From Malacoraja senta (lineage: Eukaryota), in contig CM075990.1 of assembly GCA_038087875.1 (NCBI GenBank), forward strand, positions 6,822,001-6,886,000: 64,000 bases of DNA. The letters are read 5' to 3'. Positions 13,042-27,584 of this stretch are shown here, piece after piece (the stretch's first letter is position 1; the number at the start of each line of letters is the position of its first letter). Made by a program: the position numbers and the translations under genes. The notes beneath the pieces were generated by a model. It was given only the letters and a program-made list of their open reading frames with translations, was not told the DNA's origin and made no database searches.

Positions 13042-14569
13042 CTGCACATGGGAACAAAGGCAGAGTCACTTTCGCATCTTAACCGCGTGGCACCATGATC
13101 GCAATGGGTTAAGGGATCTGTTGCTATTTGTTGTCCAGGAAGAAAAAGGCAGCTCATCATCTCCGTCAAGTAGCGTGTTCACTAAACCATCATGAATGGA
13201 AGTCTCTATCCGGAGTTTCAATACACATCTCAATTATTTCTCTTCATGGCCAGGAAATCCCTAGAAGGCTAACTGTTATTGCATGTTACCGATTACCGTG
13301 GAGTGAATAACTGGAGTGTTTTTCAAACATTGTTTTTTAATCTATACTCTATATTGAATCCAGCTAGTTTAAATTATGGGGCAATACGTACATGAGCCAA
13401 TTCCACTCTCAGCCCCAGGATGAAACATTCTCATCAATCTTTAGTACAAGCAAGCAAAGTGACAATAACAAATTAATGCAAAATGATTCCATAAATAGTT
13501 TGTCAAATCACTTAACATTAGCACTTTTGATTAATTTCCTCTTTCACTACCTTGAATCTTTTGTAAAAAATACCTTTGAAAGAAGAGTCTTTGTATTGTA
13601 GTTTTTTAATATGATCCTATTAACAGAGGGAAAATATATTGGAGAAAAGACCATGCATAGTTTATATATATAATAACCATCAGGGGATATAAATGATGCA
13701 GATAATTCAATAGTTTTAATGAGTGATTTGTTAATAAATGGATCATTATAGGAGATCAGAAAGTGTGGTGTAATCAGATGCATTTTCTCACAGGTATGGA
13801 GGGAGGTAATGGAAATCAGTCCAGTTATTTGTGTATTTATTCTACTGGTAAAGTGATTTTGAGATTGCATCAAATATCTCCATTCCACCTCAAGAGATGA
13901 AATGGTGAAATAGTGGGGAGAGTCTCAATGTGTGTAAATATTACATCACATAGAAGGGAGCTTTACCTTTGTGTTACAGACAAGAACATAGTCAAGAGAC
14001 ATTGAACATACTGTTGGGTAGATGGTTGATGCAAAGTGTACTCAGGAACAATGTATCCAAGTTTATCAGTATTCTCTGCCACACACAACATATTAGTCGT
14101 CATGCTATGTTTAATGGCACATGCTTTTTACATGCATTGCAGCTTTCAGCAGTGGAATTTGGTCATGGCACAAAAAATTAAACTATAAAAAATAATTTTG
14201 TAAAATTTGCTAAAATAAACTCTGGGAAATTAGTTAATTTAAACAGGATTTAAAAATCAGTTAAAATGCGTGAATTGACAGATCCTATAGCCGATTAAAG
14301 TCTGTGTATTTTCCAAGATACATGCTCCCAGCCCAAATTAAAGTGACTGTACAAAGTTTGCAATAAAACACCAGAGGGGGAGCAGGCTGTACAAATGCTT
14401 ACGAATGATACACTTTTATCAAGGCAGGCTGTACAAGTTATACATGTACATTAAATCAATGGGATGAAAGAGTTTTTACTTCATTGAACTAAATTGATCA
14501 CAGATGCTGTTCGTGGGAAACCGTTTGTTGAGGTGCACCTTGATAAAACATGATCATTATTAATGGGAT

Positions 14570-14870
14570 GACACTGGTTCACAGCGCCAGAGACCTGAGT
14601 TTGATCGTGGCTTATGGTGCTATCTGTGTGAAGTTTACACATTCCCCCTGTCACCGCATAGGTTTTTATCGGGTACTCGGGTTTCCTCCCACATCCCAAA
14701 GACATTCGGGTTTGTAGGTTAAATGGCCTCTGTAATTTACCCCGAGTGTGAGGGGAGTGGATGAAAAAGTGGGGTAACATAAAACTACTGTGAACAAATG
14801 AACGATGGTTGGCATGGACTTGATGGGTCGAAGGGCCTGTTTCTATGCCGTATCTCTCAATCAATCAATC
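14570..14870 (+). mobile_element. HE1-type V-SINE
   Basis: CACAGCGCCAGAGACC head, TTTCCTCCCACATCCCAAAGAC core, GGGCCTGTTTC end. Confidence 0.8.
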
Positions 14871-15043
14871 TTTCATTCGCTGGGGATTTTTGAAATTGAT
14901 GGTTTTGTAGTTTCATGTTTCTGTACCCAATAACAGCAAGCATTATTAATATTGGGGTATGAATAGAGGTAAAACAACCCAGACTAGAGGATGCGACAGT
15001 TCTGCCAGGACATCTTGGCCAAGATAGTTACAGCAGTGCTTAC

Positions 15044-15106
15044 CTTGGTCTGAATCATTCCATGACGTTGGCTTCTCATTTCCTTCACTATATCCATAAT
15101 GTCAAA
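15044..15106 (-). CDS. PTPN20: PTP domain exon leading into the Q-loop
   Basis: Not in the ORF track. Reads cattatag|FDIMDIVKEMRSQRHGMIQTK|gtaagc, 63 nt, phase 0/0. Confidence 0.95.
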
Positions 15107-15699
15107 CTATAATGGAAGGACATTAATGCAAACCGTCAATATGATTTATAAGCCCAAACCCAGTGTAAAATAAATAATTGCATGGGTCTATTAATTATCC
15201 GCATAGCACTGACTTTCCTATCGTTCCGTCATAGATGATAAAGTGCGCACTCAGTTCCCTTGCTGCATCTTTTGAGGACTAAAAGTATTCTTATTAACAA
15301 TGTCAAATGGATGTTTTCAAAATGGTTTAGGTGCGGGAAGTCACTACGGCAGACGCAACATTCACGGGACACTCATTCCACTTCTAACAATGTACCTTGC
15401 CCCCACATTAATCCACATCTATCTCCAATATTCTTCCTTCTCATCTGCTGCCATGGATTCAGATAACGGATGAGAAAACAGTTGCGGACATCATAGATGG
15501 GAAATGGGCTTCGTCTCAACAATGCCAGACAGATTGGAATGCAAATTGTCTGAATTGTCTACATCTGTCTGAAGAAGGGTTTCAGCCCGAAACATTGCCT
15601 ATTTCCTTCGCTCCATAGATGCTGCCGCACCCGCTGTTTCTCCAGCACTTTTGTTTACCTTCAATTTTCCAGCATCTGCAGTTCCTTCTTAAACATCAT

Positions 15700-16552
15700 A
15701 AATCATTACCCCTTTCCTGCTTTCTCCCCATATCCCTTGATTCCGTTAGCCCTAAGAGCTATATCTAACTTTCTCTTGAAAACATCCAGTGAATTGGCCT
15801 CCACTGCCTTCTGTGGCAGAAAATTCCACAGATATGCAACTCTGGGTGAAAAGGTTTTTCCTCATCTCTGTCCTAAATGACTTACCTCTTATTCTTAAAC
15901 TGTGACCCCTGGTTCTAGATTCCCCCTACACCAGGAACATTTTATCCTGCATCTGGCCTGTCGAAGAATGTTACATGTCTCTATAAGATCCCCTCTCATT
16001 CTTCAAAAGTCCAGTGAATATAGCCCCAGTCTATCCATTCTTTCATCACATGTCAGTCCTGCCATCCCAGGAATTAACCTGATGAACCTACTCTGTACTC
16101 CCTCAATAGCAATAACGTGCTTCCTCAAATTAGGAGACCAAAACTGTACACAATACTGCAGGTGCGGTCTCACCAGGGCCCTGTACAACTGCAGTAGACC
16201 TCCTTGCTCCTGTACTCAAATCGTCTCGCTATGAAGGCCAACATGCCATTAGCTTTCTTCAATGCCTGTTGTACCTGCATGCTTACTTTCAGTGACTGAT
16301 GTACAAGGACACCCAGGTCTCGTTGCACCTACCCTATTCTAAATCTGACACCATTCAGATAATAATTTGCCTTCTTGTTCTTGCCACCAAAGTAGATAAC
16401 CTCACATTTATCCACATTATACTGCATCTGCCCACTCACCCAACCTATCCAAGTCACCCTGCAGCCTCATAGCATCCTCCTCGCAGCTCACACTGCTACC
16501 CGGCTTTGTGTCATCCGCAAACATGGAGATGTCACATTTAATTCCTTCGTCT
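15700..16552 (-). mobile_element. CR1/HER1 RT and 3' fragment
   Basis: FADD and LVRPHLQYCVQFWSP motifs. Confidence 0.88.
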
Positions 16553-18419
16553 AAACAACCTTCACATTGAGAGGACAACGTGATACTGAGACAAATGGAA
16601 GGACAAGGCATAGAACCACTGATGTTGTGGAATCCTAACTCCCAAAGGCAAATTCCATGGCATCAGGAGTCATGGCAAATGGAACAGCTTCTGATTTGAA
16701 GCAGTTCTGTATAATATAAAGCCCTTATTAATGACAGCTTCCCAAGCTTATTATTTACAAATGATTAGTAGTATCCGCGACCCATGCTTTCTCCTTATCA
16801 ATAGAGATGCTTCAAAGCATGAGTTACATGAAAAGGAATGTCTAGTTGTGCCGCATTATTGGCTTCATCTTCAAACAACTCTAAGTTCCAAAATAGACTT
16901 TGTGCATAAACAAGTCAATCCCATCTATGTGAATTTAACATTTTGTGAATGAGTTGGCTAATGCAGGAATTTCCGGTATATTTTCCCACATAGCTGCTGT
17001 CAGTAAGCAATTCATTGTGTGAAGATGTCCGAGACATTGTGGTGCTACAGAAATGCAAGGAACCTATAAAACTCAGGTAGTTTGACCAGAACCTACCAAC
17101 AACAGGGTCAACAGGTTAACCCATTAATTGGTTCTGGGCCACTGATATTTGGTGAACATGTTATCCAATGCTACTATTGTCTTTGCTACAAAGGAGAAAA
17201 GACCAGACTGTTAAATTATGGCATTGCATCAAATTCACCCAACTTTTCACCAACAAGATGGCTGACAGGCTCAGGCAGAATGCTCCATTCATAACATGTA
17301 ACCATTGGCACTTAATTCAGAGATTTTTCTGCACTAGCATGGGCTGAGAGCTCCATTATATCCAATTCATTCCCTACATGCATGCTCTCACCTGTTCTCT
17401 GCTTGTCCAGAACAATGACAGATATCCCCACTCCATCACTTCCACCCCATTAGCTTCCACTTTCAATTCTCTGTGGCTTATGGATGATGCCAACACCAGG
17501 CACACTTTCCCTTTCAACATCCAGGAGAGACCATTCCCTTTGGGATGCTTCACTTCCATTTCCACCAACGTCCACTGCCTAGTGGAAAGGATGTTTCCAC
17601 TTGTGGCACAGTGGTGCAGCGGTAGAGTTGCTGCCTTACAGCGACAGAGACCCGGGTTCGATCCTGACTACGGGTGCTGTCTGACGGAGTTTGTACGTTC
17701 TCCCTGGAACCATGTGGGTTTCCTCCCACATTCCAAAGACGTACAGGCTTGGAGGTTAATTAGCTTCTGTAAATTGTCCCTAGTGTGTAGGATAATGCTA
17801 GTATAAGTAGAATTGGGCCATTTATCCCATCTAGTCAACTCCTCCATTCAATCATGTCTGATCTATCTCTCCCTCCAATCACCATTCTCCTGCCATCTCC
17901 CCATAACACCTGGCACCTGTACTAATCAAGAATCTATCCATCTCTGCCTTAAAAATATTAATTGATGGCCTCCTCAACTTTCTATGGCAAAGAATTCCCC
18001 AATTTGACCTGAATTTGACACATGGGAACCAGGATAAATGTCCATCAATCTTTCCCTTGAGAACGTTTGACTTAAAACATCAAACTGTTTGTCTTCTTGC
18101 AGCACCACAGTATTGGGAGGATGGAAGGAACTGTCTTTAGTCCATGCCTCAATTCAATTACTTCGCCACCATATAAACTTAATCAATGAAATTCCTCTTA
18201 TGTTGCAAAACATACTTGGTGAATAAAGTGTGATTCTGATTCTGATTCTGAAACAGATTTGAAGACATTTGCAAAGGTGATCAGGGGAGAGGCCAAAGAG
18301 ACAGGGTGGAACAATTAACTTCAGAGATAAATTAAAATCCAGAACAGGAAGAGCACATGGATCACCAAAGGTTTGTCGTTACTGAAAGAGATCCCGGAGG
18401 TAGCAGGTAGCTGGATGGT

Positions 18420-18790
18420 AAAAAAACAAACAAGGAACTGCAGATGCTGGTTTACAATAGAATTCACAAAATGCTGGAGTATCTCAGCAGGGTCGGGACC
18501 CTTTTTCAAGCTAACTGTCTGGCAAGTGATTAGTGGATACAGGTGAAGGATGGGGGTAGTTTATCGGCAGATGGGTGGACAAAGGCCGGAGATGGGAAGA
18601 AGACAAAAGGCTGTGAGATAAGGAGAGAAGATGTGCAAAATATGAAGCCTGGGGAAGAGATATAGTTGAAAAGAGTTTTTGTTGATTAGTTTACCTAAAA
18701 TTTGAGTATTCAATGTTCATACCTTCGGGTTGTAAGCTACCCAAGCAAAACATGAGGTGCTGTTCCTCCAGTTTGCATAGGGCCTCACTA
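18420..18790 (-). mobile_element. Penelope-like 3' fragment
   Basis: KLEEQHLMFCLGSLQPEGMNIE remnant plus the family tail. Confidence 0.7.
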
Positions 18791-19439
18791 AGCACACCAT
18801 TAAGGGAAGGTTTTGGTCCGCAGTCACAGGGTGCAGGGAAGACCATTGACAGGGCCCCATCAGTATGCCCATGGCTAACAGTAAGATTGTGTGATGATCA
18901 CCCATTTATGGCAATCAATGGGCGACTACCTGACATGGTGATCAGGTCCGGTGGTGGCCAATGATCCAAGCACTGGACATCTCAGCACAATGGGCAGTGG
19001 TGTAAGGGGGCAAGCAGAAAAACAATAAATATGCTCATCTCCCCCAGGCCTTTCCCTCACATACATTCTTCAACTATTAACAACAGCTTTTAGTATCAGC
19101 TCAGATTATTTCACTCCACTGTCTGTATTCTGTCTGTTCAGATGATAAAGTTTTCTCGCTGTCAGCCACTTTGAACTTCATTCCATGCCTCTGACCACTC
19201 CAGCTTTCCCACACAACTCAGTGAAATGTTCTTCGTTAATGCCCTTATCAAGATCCATGTATAAACAATAAAACACAGAGAGCCTGAGATTGATCCCTGG
19301 GGAGGGCGACCGGGATCAGCCGTGAAGTGAGGGCCAGCATCATCGATCACCAACATTGCTTCTGATGTAAATTCGTCATCCTGTTCTCCATCTTGTCAAA
19401 TGGCCTTGAATTTCAGTGGCTAGTCTCTCAAGAGAGACC

Positions 19440-19830
19440 TTCTCAAAGTTGACTCCATCTACATTTCATGCTGCCATGGCAGGACCACCAGCATAATCAA
19501 GGACCAGTCTCACCCTGGTCACTCCCTGTTCTCCCCTCTCCCACAGAGCAAGGGCAACAGAAGTTTGAAAACACATATCTCCAGAGTCAGCAGCAGTTTT
19601 TTTGCAGCTGTTATCAGCCAACTGAACTATCCTCTCACCAGCAAGTGTGCGGTCCTGACCTCCCGTCTACCTCATTGGAAACCTTTGACTGTGTTCAATC
19701 GGACTTTATCTTACACAAAATGTTGTACACTTTATCCTCTATCTGTACACTGTGGATGGCTTGATTGTAATCGTGCAAAGTCCTTTTTTGACTGAATAGC
19801 ATGCAACAAAAAGCTTTTCAATGCACCTTG
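19440..19830 (+). mobile_element. Rex1/Babar-type LINE 3' fragment
   Basis: SIIKDQSHPGHSLFSPLP-type C-terminus. Its 3' UTR is shared with 27585-28043 and 42190-42412. Confidence 0.7.
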
Positions 19831-19853
19831 GATTTTATATCTCGACATTGTTA

Positions 19854-20437
19854 AAGGCCTGTCTCACGAGTCTGCGGTCATTGGCGGCGAAACGGGAAGA
19901 ATCTGCCGCCATAGACCGCGCACTCGTGAGAACGCACAATTCCGGGGCCGTGCGGCGGTGTTCCCAACACCGCACGGTGCTAAAATAAAACCTACACTGT
20001 TGAAAAATATATTCTTACCGCACAACCTCCACCAGTGATGCACGAGTGCGGCACGGCTGCCCGCACGGGCCGCCGCCAGTGTGGCTCGAGCGCCGTGCGT
20101 CAAACTTGCACTGCCACAGCCTCCGCCAGTGAGGCACGTGTGCGGCACGGCCGCAGGCACAGCCACCGCTACAGCGCCGCGATCAGGACGGCCGCCGCCA
20201 CAGCCGCCGCTAGTGAGTCACGTGCGGCGGGCCGACGTCATCGCAGTCGGCCCGCCCCTATTTTTACTTACCGCAAGCACGTGGGACCCGCCGTATTTGA
20301 ATCACTCGGCCCCCGCGCAGCATCCGTGCGGCGCTCCCGTGGATAGGCTCGGCGCTCTCGCCGTTGCCGTGCGGTCCACTCTACAGGCGAAGCCGCGCTT
20401 CACCGCCGATGACCGCAAACACGTAAGACAGAGCCTT
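19854..20437. mobile_element. GC/CpG-rich MITE, PIF/Harbinger type
   Basis: Imperfect TIRs of about 38 bp (AAGGCCTGTCTCACGAGTCTGCGGTCATTGGCGG) with T/A-rich 3-bp flanks. Confidence 0.7.
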
Positions 20438-21539
20438 TAGTATAAACAAAGTCTAGACATAACATCTACCAGATTACCTCTGGCCAACCTTGAGAGTGAT
20501 CGAATACCTTCATTCCATATCTGATGCTTACATAAATCCAGCCTGCCTGTGAAAGTCTGGCCATTAGCCTTGTGAAATAAGCAGGACCTGCATTGATTAA
20601 TGCAAATGCCAAAGTTTTTTTTATTATAGATCCCAAACTAATAGGCTGACAAGGGCATATTCACTCAAGCCACTTTCCCTGTGTAAAGACATTTGTTTCA
20701 GAATTGGCCTTATTATTCGTTGGCTGCTGAGAGTATGGGTTTACAAAATGTATTTAATAACATCCAACATAGACTTCTGTTCATTTTCAATTTCTGGGAC
20801 AATGTTCCAACTCTTTCATTTAATAAGCTTCAGCAAGCTTATTTTATCCCCACAAACGAAGTATGGAACCATATTTTTGAGTTTAACATAATGCATTGTG
20901 TCACTCCTAATTCTGTCTCATGTAGATGCTGGCTGTCCTGCTGAGTTACTCCAGCTTTTTGTGTCTATTTTTGGTGTAAACCAGCATCTGCAGTTCCTTC
21001 CCACACACTCCACCAATCTGTCTCCCAACCAACAGCAATGGAAATCATCAGCTCTGGGTTATTAATGGATGCCAAATATCAGCAGTTCACATATACCGAT
21101 AATCATGTTAATCCTGTGCTTTCTTTCTGCTGACTGGATAGCATGCAACAAAAGCTTTTCACTGTACCTCGGTACATGTGACAACCAACAAAACTCAAAC
21201 TTCTATGCGTTTGAATTCTAGATAATACCAGTTTCAACCTGAACCTCAACAGGTCGATGACTTTCATCGAAATCAGCGCAACCGCTTTTGAGTAAAAAAC
21301 CCCATCAGGTTCTTCACCTGAAGAACAAGGAAACTCAACAGAGACTTGAATGTGAATCCAAACCCTGAATGAGTTTTTCAAGGCTCTGGAAGGTCTGACT
21401 CAGTGAAAGGAAATTACCCCCCATTGGGAAGGCAATCTTTACTGAGAATCTCAAATCTGCAAGCGTTCTTTGATCAATTGGCAGTGTTCATGGAGGCTGG
21501 TTGGTGCCACTTTATAGAAATCCATCCATGAAATCATCC

Positions 21540-21996
21540 TGATCCCAGGAATGACTGTTTAACCTATGATGAGCATTTATTGGCACTGGGCTGGAGTTCA
21601 GAAGAATGAAGGGTGGACCTCATTGAAACATACAGAATAGTGAAAGGCTTGGATAGAGTGGGTGAGGAGAGGATGTTTCCACTAGTGAGAGTGTTTAGGA
21701 CTAGAGGTCATAGCCTCAGAATTAAAGGACGTTCTTTTAGGAAGGAGATGAGGAGAAATTTCTTTAGTCGGAGGGTGGTGAATCTGTGGAATTCTTTGCC
21801 ACAGAAGGCTGTGGAGGCCAAGTCAATGGATATATTTAAGGCAGAGATAGATAGATTTTTGATTAGTACAGATGTCAGAGATTATGGGGAGAAGGCAGGA
21901 GAATGGGATTAGAAGGAAGAGATAGATCAGCCATGATTGAATGGCAGAGTAAACTTGATGGGCCGAATGGTGTAATTCTGCTCCTATGACTTATGA
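21540..21996 (+). mobile_element. CR1/HER1 3' fragment
   Basis: DLIETYRI...RTRGHSLRIKG...RVVNLWNSLP followed by the 3' UTR. Confidence 0.88.
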
Positions 21997-22049
21997 CCTT
22001 ACGACCTTCAGGAAGACAAAACCTTCCCGAGAATGCTTGCCGTACTTAC

Positions 22050-22265
22050 TCTGAGTCCCTTGTTGATCAAGCTCAGGAGAACATGGGTGCAGATGAGGAC
22101 TCCGCTTCTCCCAATACCAGCGCTGCAATGCACCACCAAAGGCCCTGTGTGGTGGACATCTCCCATGTACAGAATAAAGCGCACAAGCTGCTCGCATGAG
22201 CGTGGAACACCATGGTCAGGCCAACTGACAAATCTCAGATGTTTGACATAGTGCACTTCCCCCGT
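22050..22265 (-). CDS. PTPN20: PTP domain exon with WPD loop and catalytic P-loop
   Basis: Acceptor ttcag|, TGEV...WPDHGVP...VHCSAGIGRSG...KGLR, donor |gtaagt, 216 nt. Confidence 0.97.
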
Positions 22266-22404
22266 CTGAAATACATAAAGACACACAGACATCAAATCGG
22301 TAGCAGAATAATGTGGTGATTTAAACATAAAGATTTGATTTTCTTTCCTTTCTTTAGCCACTATAAAGCTACTATTTTAGCGACTAATTTTACAAATTCA
22401 CAGA

Positions 22405-22712
22405 TGGTGGCGCAGCAGTAGAGTTACTGCCTTACAGCACCAGCAACCCAGGTTCAATCCTGGCCACAGGTACTTATCAGTACAGAGTTTGTACGTTCTC
22501 CCCGTGACCACGTGGGTTTTCTCCGGGACCCCCAGTTTCCTCCCTCACTCCAAAGACGTACAGGTTTGTAGGTTAATTGGCTTGGTAAAATTGTAAATTG
22601 TCTCTAGTGCATGTGGGACAATGTTAGTGTACGGTGATTGCTGGTCGGTGCGGACTCGGTGGGCTGAAGGGCCTGTTTCCATGCTGTATCTTAAAACTAA
22701 ACTAACTGAAAA
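22405..22712 (+). mobile_element. HE1-type V-SINE
   Basis: TGGTGGCGCAGCAGTAGAG A-box, GGTTCAATCC B-box, V-domain and (CTAAA)n tail. Confidence 0.85.
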
Positions 22713-22899
22713 AACTAAAATTTCTACTGTTCCTTGGGTCCAATGATCCAATAAGCCCACAAGCAGAGATAGGGGAAAGCTGCAGGAATGGTATTCCTCA
22801 AGAGTTTATCAATAACATAGTGTTGATTGCTTACACCATGGAGCTGATATGTAGCCATGAGCTTTCGGGTCTGGGATGGTCCATGATTATTGTGCTTAC

Positions 22900-23231
22900 C
22901 TCAATCTCTGCCATCCTTAGGACATTTATTTCGAAGGAATCCACTACCTGGTGGTTCTCCAGGATGAGCTGGTACTTATTGACGTTCATTGGCTTGTAGA
23001 GTTTGTCAGGCCAGTAACCATGGCACTTGACCTTTCCCCGCTCTTGTTGGCGTGTCATCATGGCCACCACATCAGCCTTGTTTTCCCAGACCATTTGCCA
23101 GAAGTCACATGTGGTGCCGGGGAGAGGTCCTTGGCAAGCGATGTAGAAATACCTCTCGGTGCCAAAGGGCATCCTGACGTGGCTCGCGTTGATGTAGCCC
23201 TGGTCTCCGATGTGGACACGGGTTTTATCAT
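22900..23231 (-). CDS. PTPN20: PTP domain exon (YINAS, IACQGP, DFWQMVW, KCxxYWP motifs)
   Basis: Acceptor caccacag|, YDKTRV...YINASH...YIACQGPLP...DFWQMVWE...KCHGYWP...EIE, donor |gtaagc. Phase 1 to 0. Confidence 0.96.
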
Positions 23232-24668
23232 CTGTGGTGACGGGGAACAAATGCTGTTCACAGTGTAAAGGGGCCGAGTTAATGACTACTCCAGAGAAAA
23301 TGCAGTTCAGAAGCAGGCTGCGTAAGTAAAACTCCAATAATCCATCCGCTCGATGATCATTTGGAAAACCCAACAGTTTGGTATCTGGCCCTCCAGGTAA
23401 AACATGTATTTTCTACTCACTACCTATGTTTTCCCACACCCCCTAACCACTTGACCAGTGCTGGAGTAACTCAAGCACTGAAGACCGGTCCCTACCCGAA
23501 ACGTCACCCATCCTTTATCTCCAGAGATGCTGCCTGACCCGTTGAGTTACTCCAGCACTTTGTGTCTAATCTTTAGTAAATAGACATGGGTGGACAACTG
23601 GTTAGAAGACAGGAAATAAAAGGAAGAAATGGTTCTCAAAATCCATCAACCTCTGTTCAGTACATAGTCAGTCTTTGAAGCCCCGTAACCCTATTGTATA
23701 GAGAATTCCAACCAGGAGATTGTGTAGGCCAAGGTGGACTGAGCGTAAGTGTTCAGCAAAAACAGCAGACTTCCGCATGTGGCAATGAAACCAATGCCCT
23801 GAACATTCACAGGAATTGCTGGTGATCCTCAGCTGGTCAAAGTTAGGGTCCTACCCTATCATTAACCCTTTTTTACTCCACCCCGCCCTCTTCCCTGAAC
23901 CTTAAATCAGATTTGGCTTCTAATTTATCTCAGCTCTGATGAAAGATCATCGACCAGAAATGTGGAATCTGTTTCTGTCTACCAAATCCCTACATGACCA
24001 GGTGAGCATTTCCAGCATTCTCTGTGTTAATGTCAAATTTGGAGTCATTTGCAGTCTGCAGTCATTTGCTTTTCAATTATCTTAACTATATTTAAAGGCA
24101 TGGATAAAGAGATAAATATGGATATAAAAGTGTATAAAATCATGAGAGGAATAGATCGATTAGAGACACAGAGTCTCTTGCCCAGATTAGGTGAATCGAG
24201 GACCAGAGGACATAGGTTTAAGGTGAAGGGTAAAAGATTCAATAGGAATCTGAGAGGTAACTTTTTCACACAGAGGGTGGTGGGTGTATGGAACAAGCTG
24301 CCAGAGGAGGTAGTTGAGGCTGGGACTAAGAAGCAGTTAGACAGGTACATGGTTTGAGGGATATGGACCAAACGCAAGCAGGTGGGACTAGTGTAGCTGG
24401 TCTATGCGGGCAAGTTGACTCTATGACTCTATGGAGCTAAACCGTTCTCTTTTCTGTGGAGTCTTTCACAACCACCTGAGAGGGCAGGTGAGGTCTTTGT
24501 TCAGCACTCCATCTTTGTGTGGTTTAAGGATGTTATTTCACTTGTCAGCTCATACATCAGCTTAATAGTGACATTGATATGTAAAGTAATCTCGCAGAGA
24601 GCAATTGATGGAGACACAATAGGTATTATTTAACAAGGATTCTTACTTAATCAGTTGCGGGTACTTAC

Positions 24669-24759
24669 AGGGCAGGATATCTCTATATCTGTTCTTTTCT
24701 CTGTTTTCTGTAGCTTTTCCCACCAGACAGTCATCAACTGGTTTCAGATGTTCTAGTGT
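24669..24759 (-). CDS. PTPN20: PTP domain exon with the pTyr-recognition KNRY loop
   Basis: Not in the ORF track. Reads cttaaag|TLEHLKPVDDCLVGKATENREKNRYRDILP-T|gtaagt, 91 nt, phase 0 to 1. Confidence 0.95.
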
Positions 24760-26550
24760 CTTTAAGGAAGAGAATGAGTCAAGTGAGGGAAATTCGCAAT
24801 GGCTCAGTAAATCTTTAATCGCGATTAAAACGTCCCACTCACATCTGTAGCTCTGTTTACAGGGTGAGTATTCAACAATTAAATCAACTCAATCTCCGGC
24901 CAGTTTCTGCCATCACTCTGCTCCATCTCTGCAATGATGCTGGCATCTATGGGCAAGACCTACACTGTGGGACACTTCATGCAATCTGAATCATTTAGTG
25001 ATAATTTCTGGTAGTTATACAGCACCTTCTCCGAAGAGCCTCCTTTTATCCTAGTAGTTTATTTAATTCACATGTTTAATCAATAATATTTTATTATTAA
25101 TGTTTAATGTTTTATGTGTCATTCCTAACTGTCACTGTATGTCATGTTGTCACTTGCGGGCAGAGCACCAAGGCAAATTCCTTGTATGTGAATACTTGGC
25201 CAATAAACTTATTCATTCATTCATGATTGGGCGCATTGTTTGGCAAGAGGGCATTGTAGCTTGAAGTCCCGTCAACAGTATTTTGTAATTAAAAAGTACT
25301 GGAAATAAATGCAAGTTTGTGACTGGATAGATATGATGGTAAATATGGGTCTCATAATGGGGATATCAACAGATGAAAGCAAAATAAAAACTAAGCAAAC
25401 TTCTGGAGGATCTTAGCAGATCAAGCAGCATCTATGATGGTGACCTTATAGAGGAATATAAAATCATGAAAGAAATAGTTTGGGTAGATGCACAACCAAT
25501 AACCAGAAAACATAGGTTTAAGATGAGGGGGGAAAGATTTAACAGGAATCTGAGGGGTCACTTTTTCACACAAAGGGAGGTGGATGTATGGAACAAGGAG
25601 TAGGAGGAGGTAGTTGAGGCAGGGACTATCGCGATGTTTAAGAAACATTTAGACAGGTACATGGATAGGACAGGTTTAGAGGGACATGAGCCAAACACAG
25701 TCAGGTGGGCCTAGTGGAGATGGGACATGTTGGCCTGTGTGGGCAAGTTGGGCCGAAGGGCCTGCTTCCATGCTGTATCACTCACTGAATGTATCTGTGG
25801 AGGCAAAGGGATCGTCGACATTTTGGGTTGACGCCCTGCATCAGGACGTCTCGATCCAAAATGTCAAGCGTTTCCACAACCTCCACAGATGCTGCCTGAC
25901 CCACTGAGTTCCTCCATTAGTTTGCGTCTTTGCTCCTTATTCCCACACCACCCGTCTCTTGTCCCACTGTTGTGCCATGAAATAATATTAGATATTCATT
26001 TCTTCTTCTGATCATTTTTCATCCATGCTCTTCGTAATAGCCTACTTCAACAGGAAAAGAATGAATGGAAGTGTGATTAAATATATGACTTATTTGGGGC
26101 ACATTATGCCTAGGTCCAACAATCCAGTCATTTATGGCCCTTGTCGATTAATCTGCTCCAAAACATCGTTCCTGTATAATCAGCAGAGGTGAATAATGCA
26201 CTGATGTGACTCATTACATTTTATTCAGCTACAAAAGAAAGATGGAGATGCTATTGCAAAAAGGAACGTGCTGGAAATACTCAGTCGCTCAGGCATCGGG
26301 TGTGGTCGAGCAGCAGTCAAGAGCCTGGACATTGCAGGCCAGGGATTACTGGTCATTACTGGGCTGATGTACCCAATGCAGACCAGAAGGTACATTGTAT
26401 CCCAGGTACCCCAGGCTTCGACGACTAGGCTCTGAACAACAGCCTTAGGTGGTACAATGAAAAAGACCCAACTCTGAAACTCTCCTAAGATGGACACAAA
26501 TAGCTGGAGTAACTCCGCGGGTCAGACAGAATCTCTGGAGAAAAGGAATA

Positions 26551-26583
26551 GGTGACGTTTCGGGTCGAGACCTTTCTTCAGAC
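26551..26583 (-). ncRNA. Hammerhead motif on the host gene's sense strand (intronic)
   Basis: Reverse complement is GUCUGAAGAAAGGUCUCGACCCGAAACGUCACC, with the core intact. Confidence 0.5.
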
Positions 26584-27584
26584 TTTTGATGCTGTCTGAC
26601 CCGCTGAGTTACTCCAGCTTTTTGTGTCTATCTTCGGTTTAAAGATAGACCGAAGGTCTTTCCTATACATTTTGTCTGAAACTCTCCTGACTGGTTTTAA
26701 TTGTCAGCGAGACCTGCTCACAGCTTTCCCAGCTTTAGTTTCTCAAATAAACCTGGACAATCTCAGACACCTCTTTCCCCTTTCTGGATTCCTCCGTCTC
26801 CATCACAGGAGACTGACTATCACCTGACGTCTATTGCAGACCTACCAACTCCCACAGTTATCTGGCCTATACATCTTCCCACTCTACAACTTGCAAAGAT
26901 GCTATTCCCTACTCTCAATTTCTCCATGTTTCTCCATAAGCGAGAAAGTTTATGTCACCTCCAAACCCCAACCCCGACTTTCAGTCTGAAGAAGAGTCCC
27001 GACCTGCAACGTCTCCCGAGATGCTGCCTGACCTGCTATGGTACTCCAACATTTTGTGCCTATCTTTAGTTTAGTTTCGTTTAATTTCAATATACAGCAT
27101 GGATACAGGCCCTTCGGCCCACTGAGTTCATGCTGACAATCAATCACCTGTTCACACCCATTTTATGTTTTATCCCACTTTCTCATCTACTCACTACTCA
27201 CTTGGAGCAATTGACAGTGATCTATTAACCTACCACCCTGCACACCTTTGGGATATGGGATGAAACCTGGAGCATCTGGAAGAAATCAACAAGGTCCCAG
27301 GGAGAAGGTGCAGAGAGCACAGAGAGCATCCAAGGTCAGGACTGAAGCGGTGTTTCTGGTGCTGTGAGGTCTCTACCAGCTGTGCCACCTTCATCATTTT
27401 CAAATTCTCCCAGAGATGATACATTAAAGATAGATGTCAAAACTGCTTGTTATTTGGAAAATGTTGAATAAATGAACCACTGAAACCACTTAAAAAACTT
27501 CCAGAAACTTTAAACGGAGCACAATTCCTTCAGCAGTTTTAGAATCACACACAGCACGACAGGACACTCAGCCCACACGGTGTC

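Noticed and set aside
26229..26389. Plus-strand exon-like open frame LQKKDGDAIAKR...
   Set aside because: No recognisable protein family and no partner exons.
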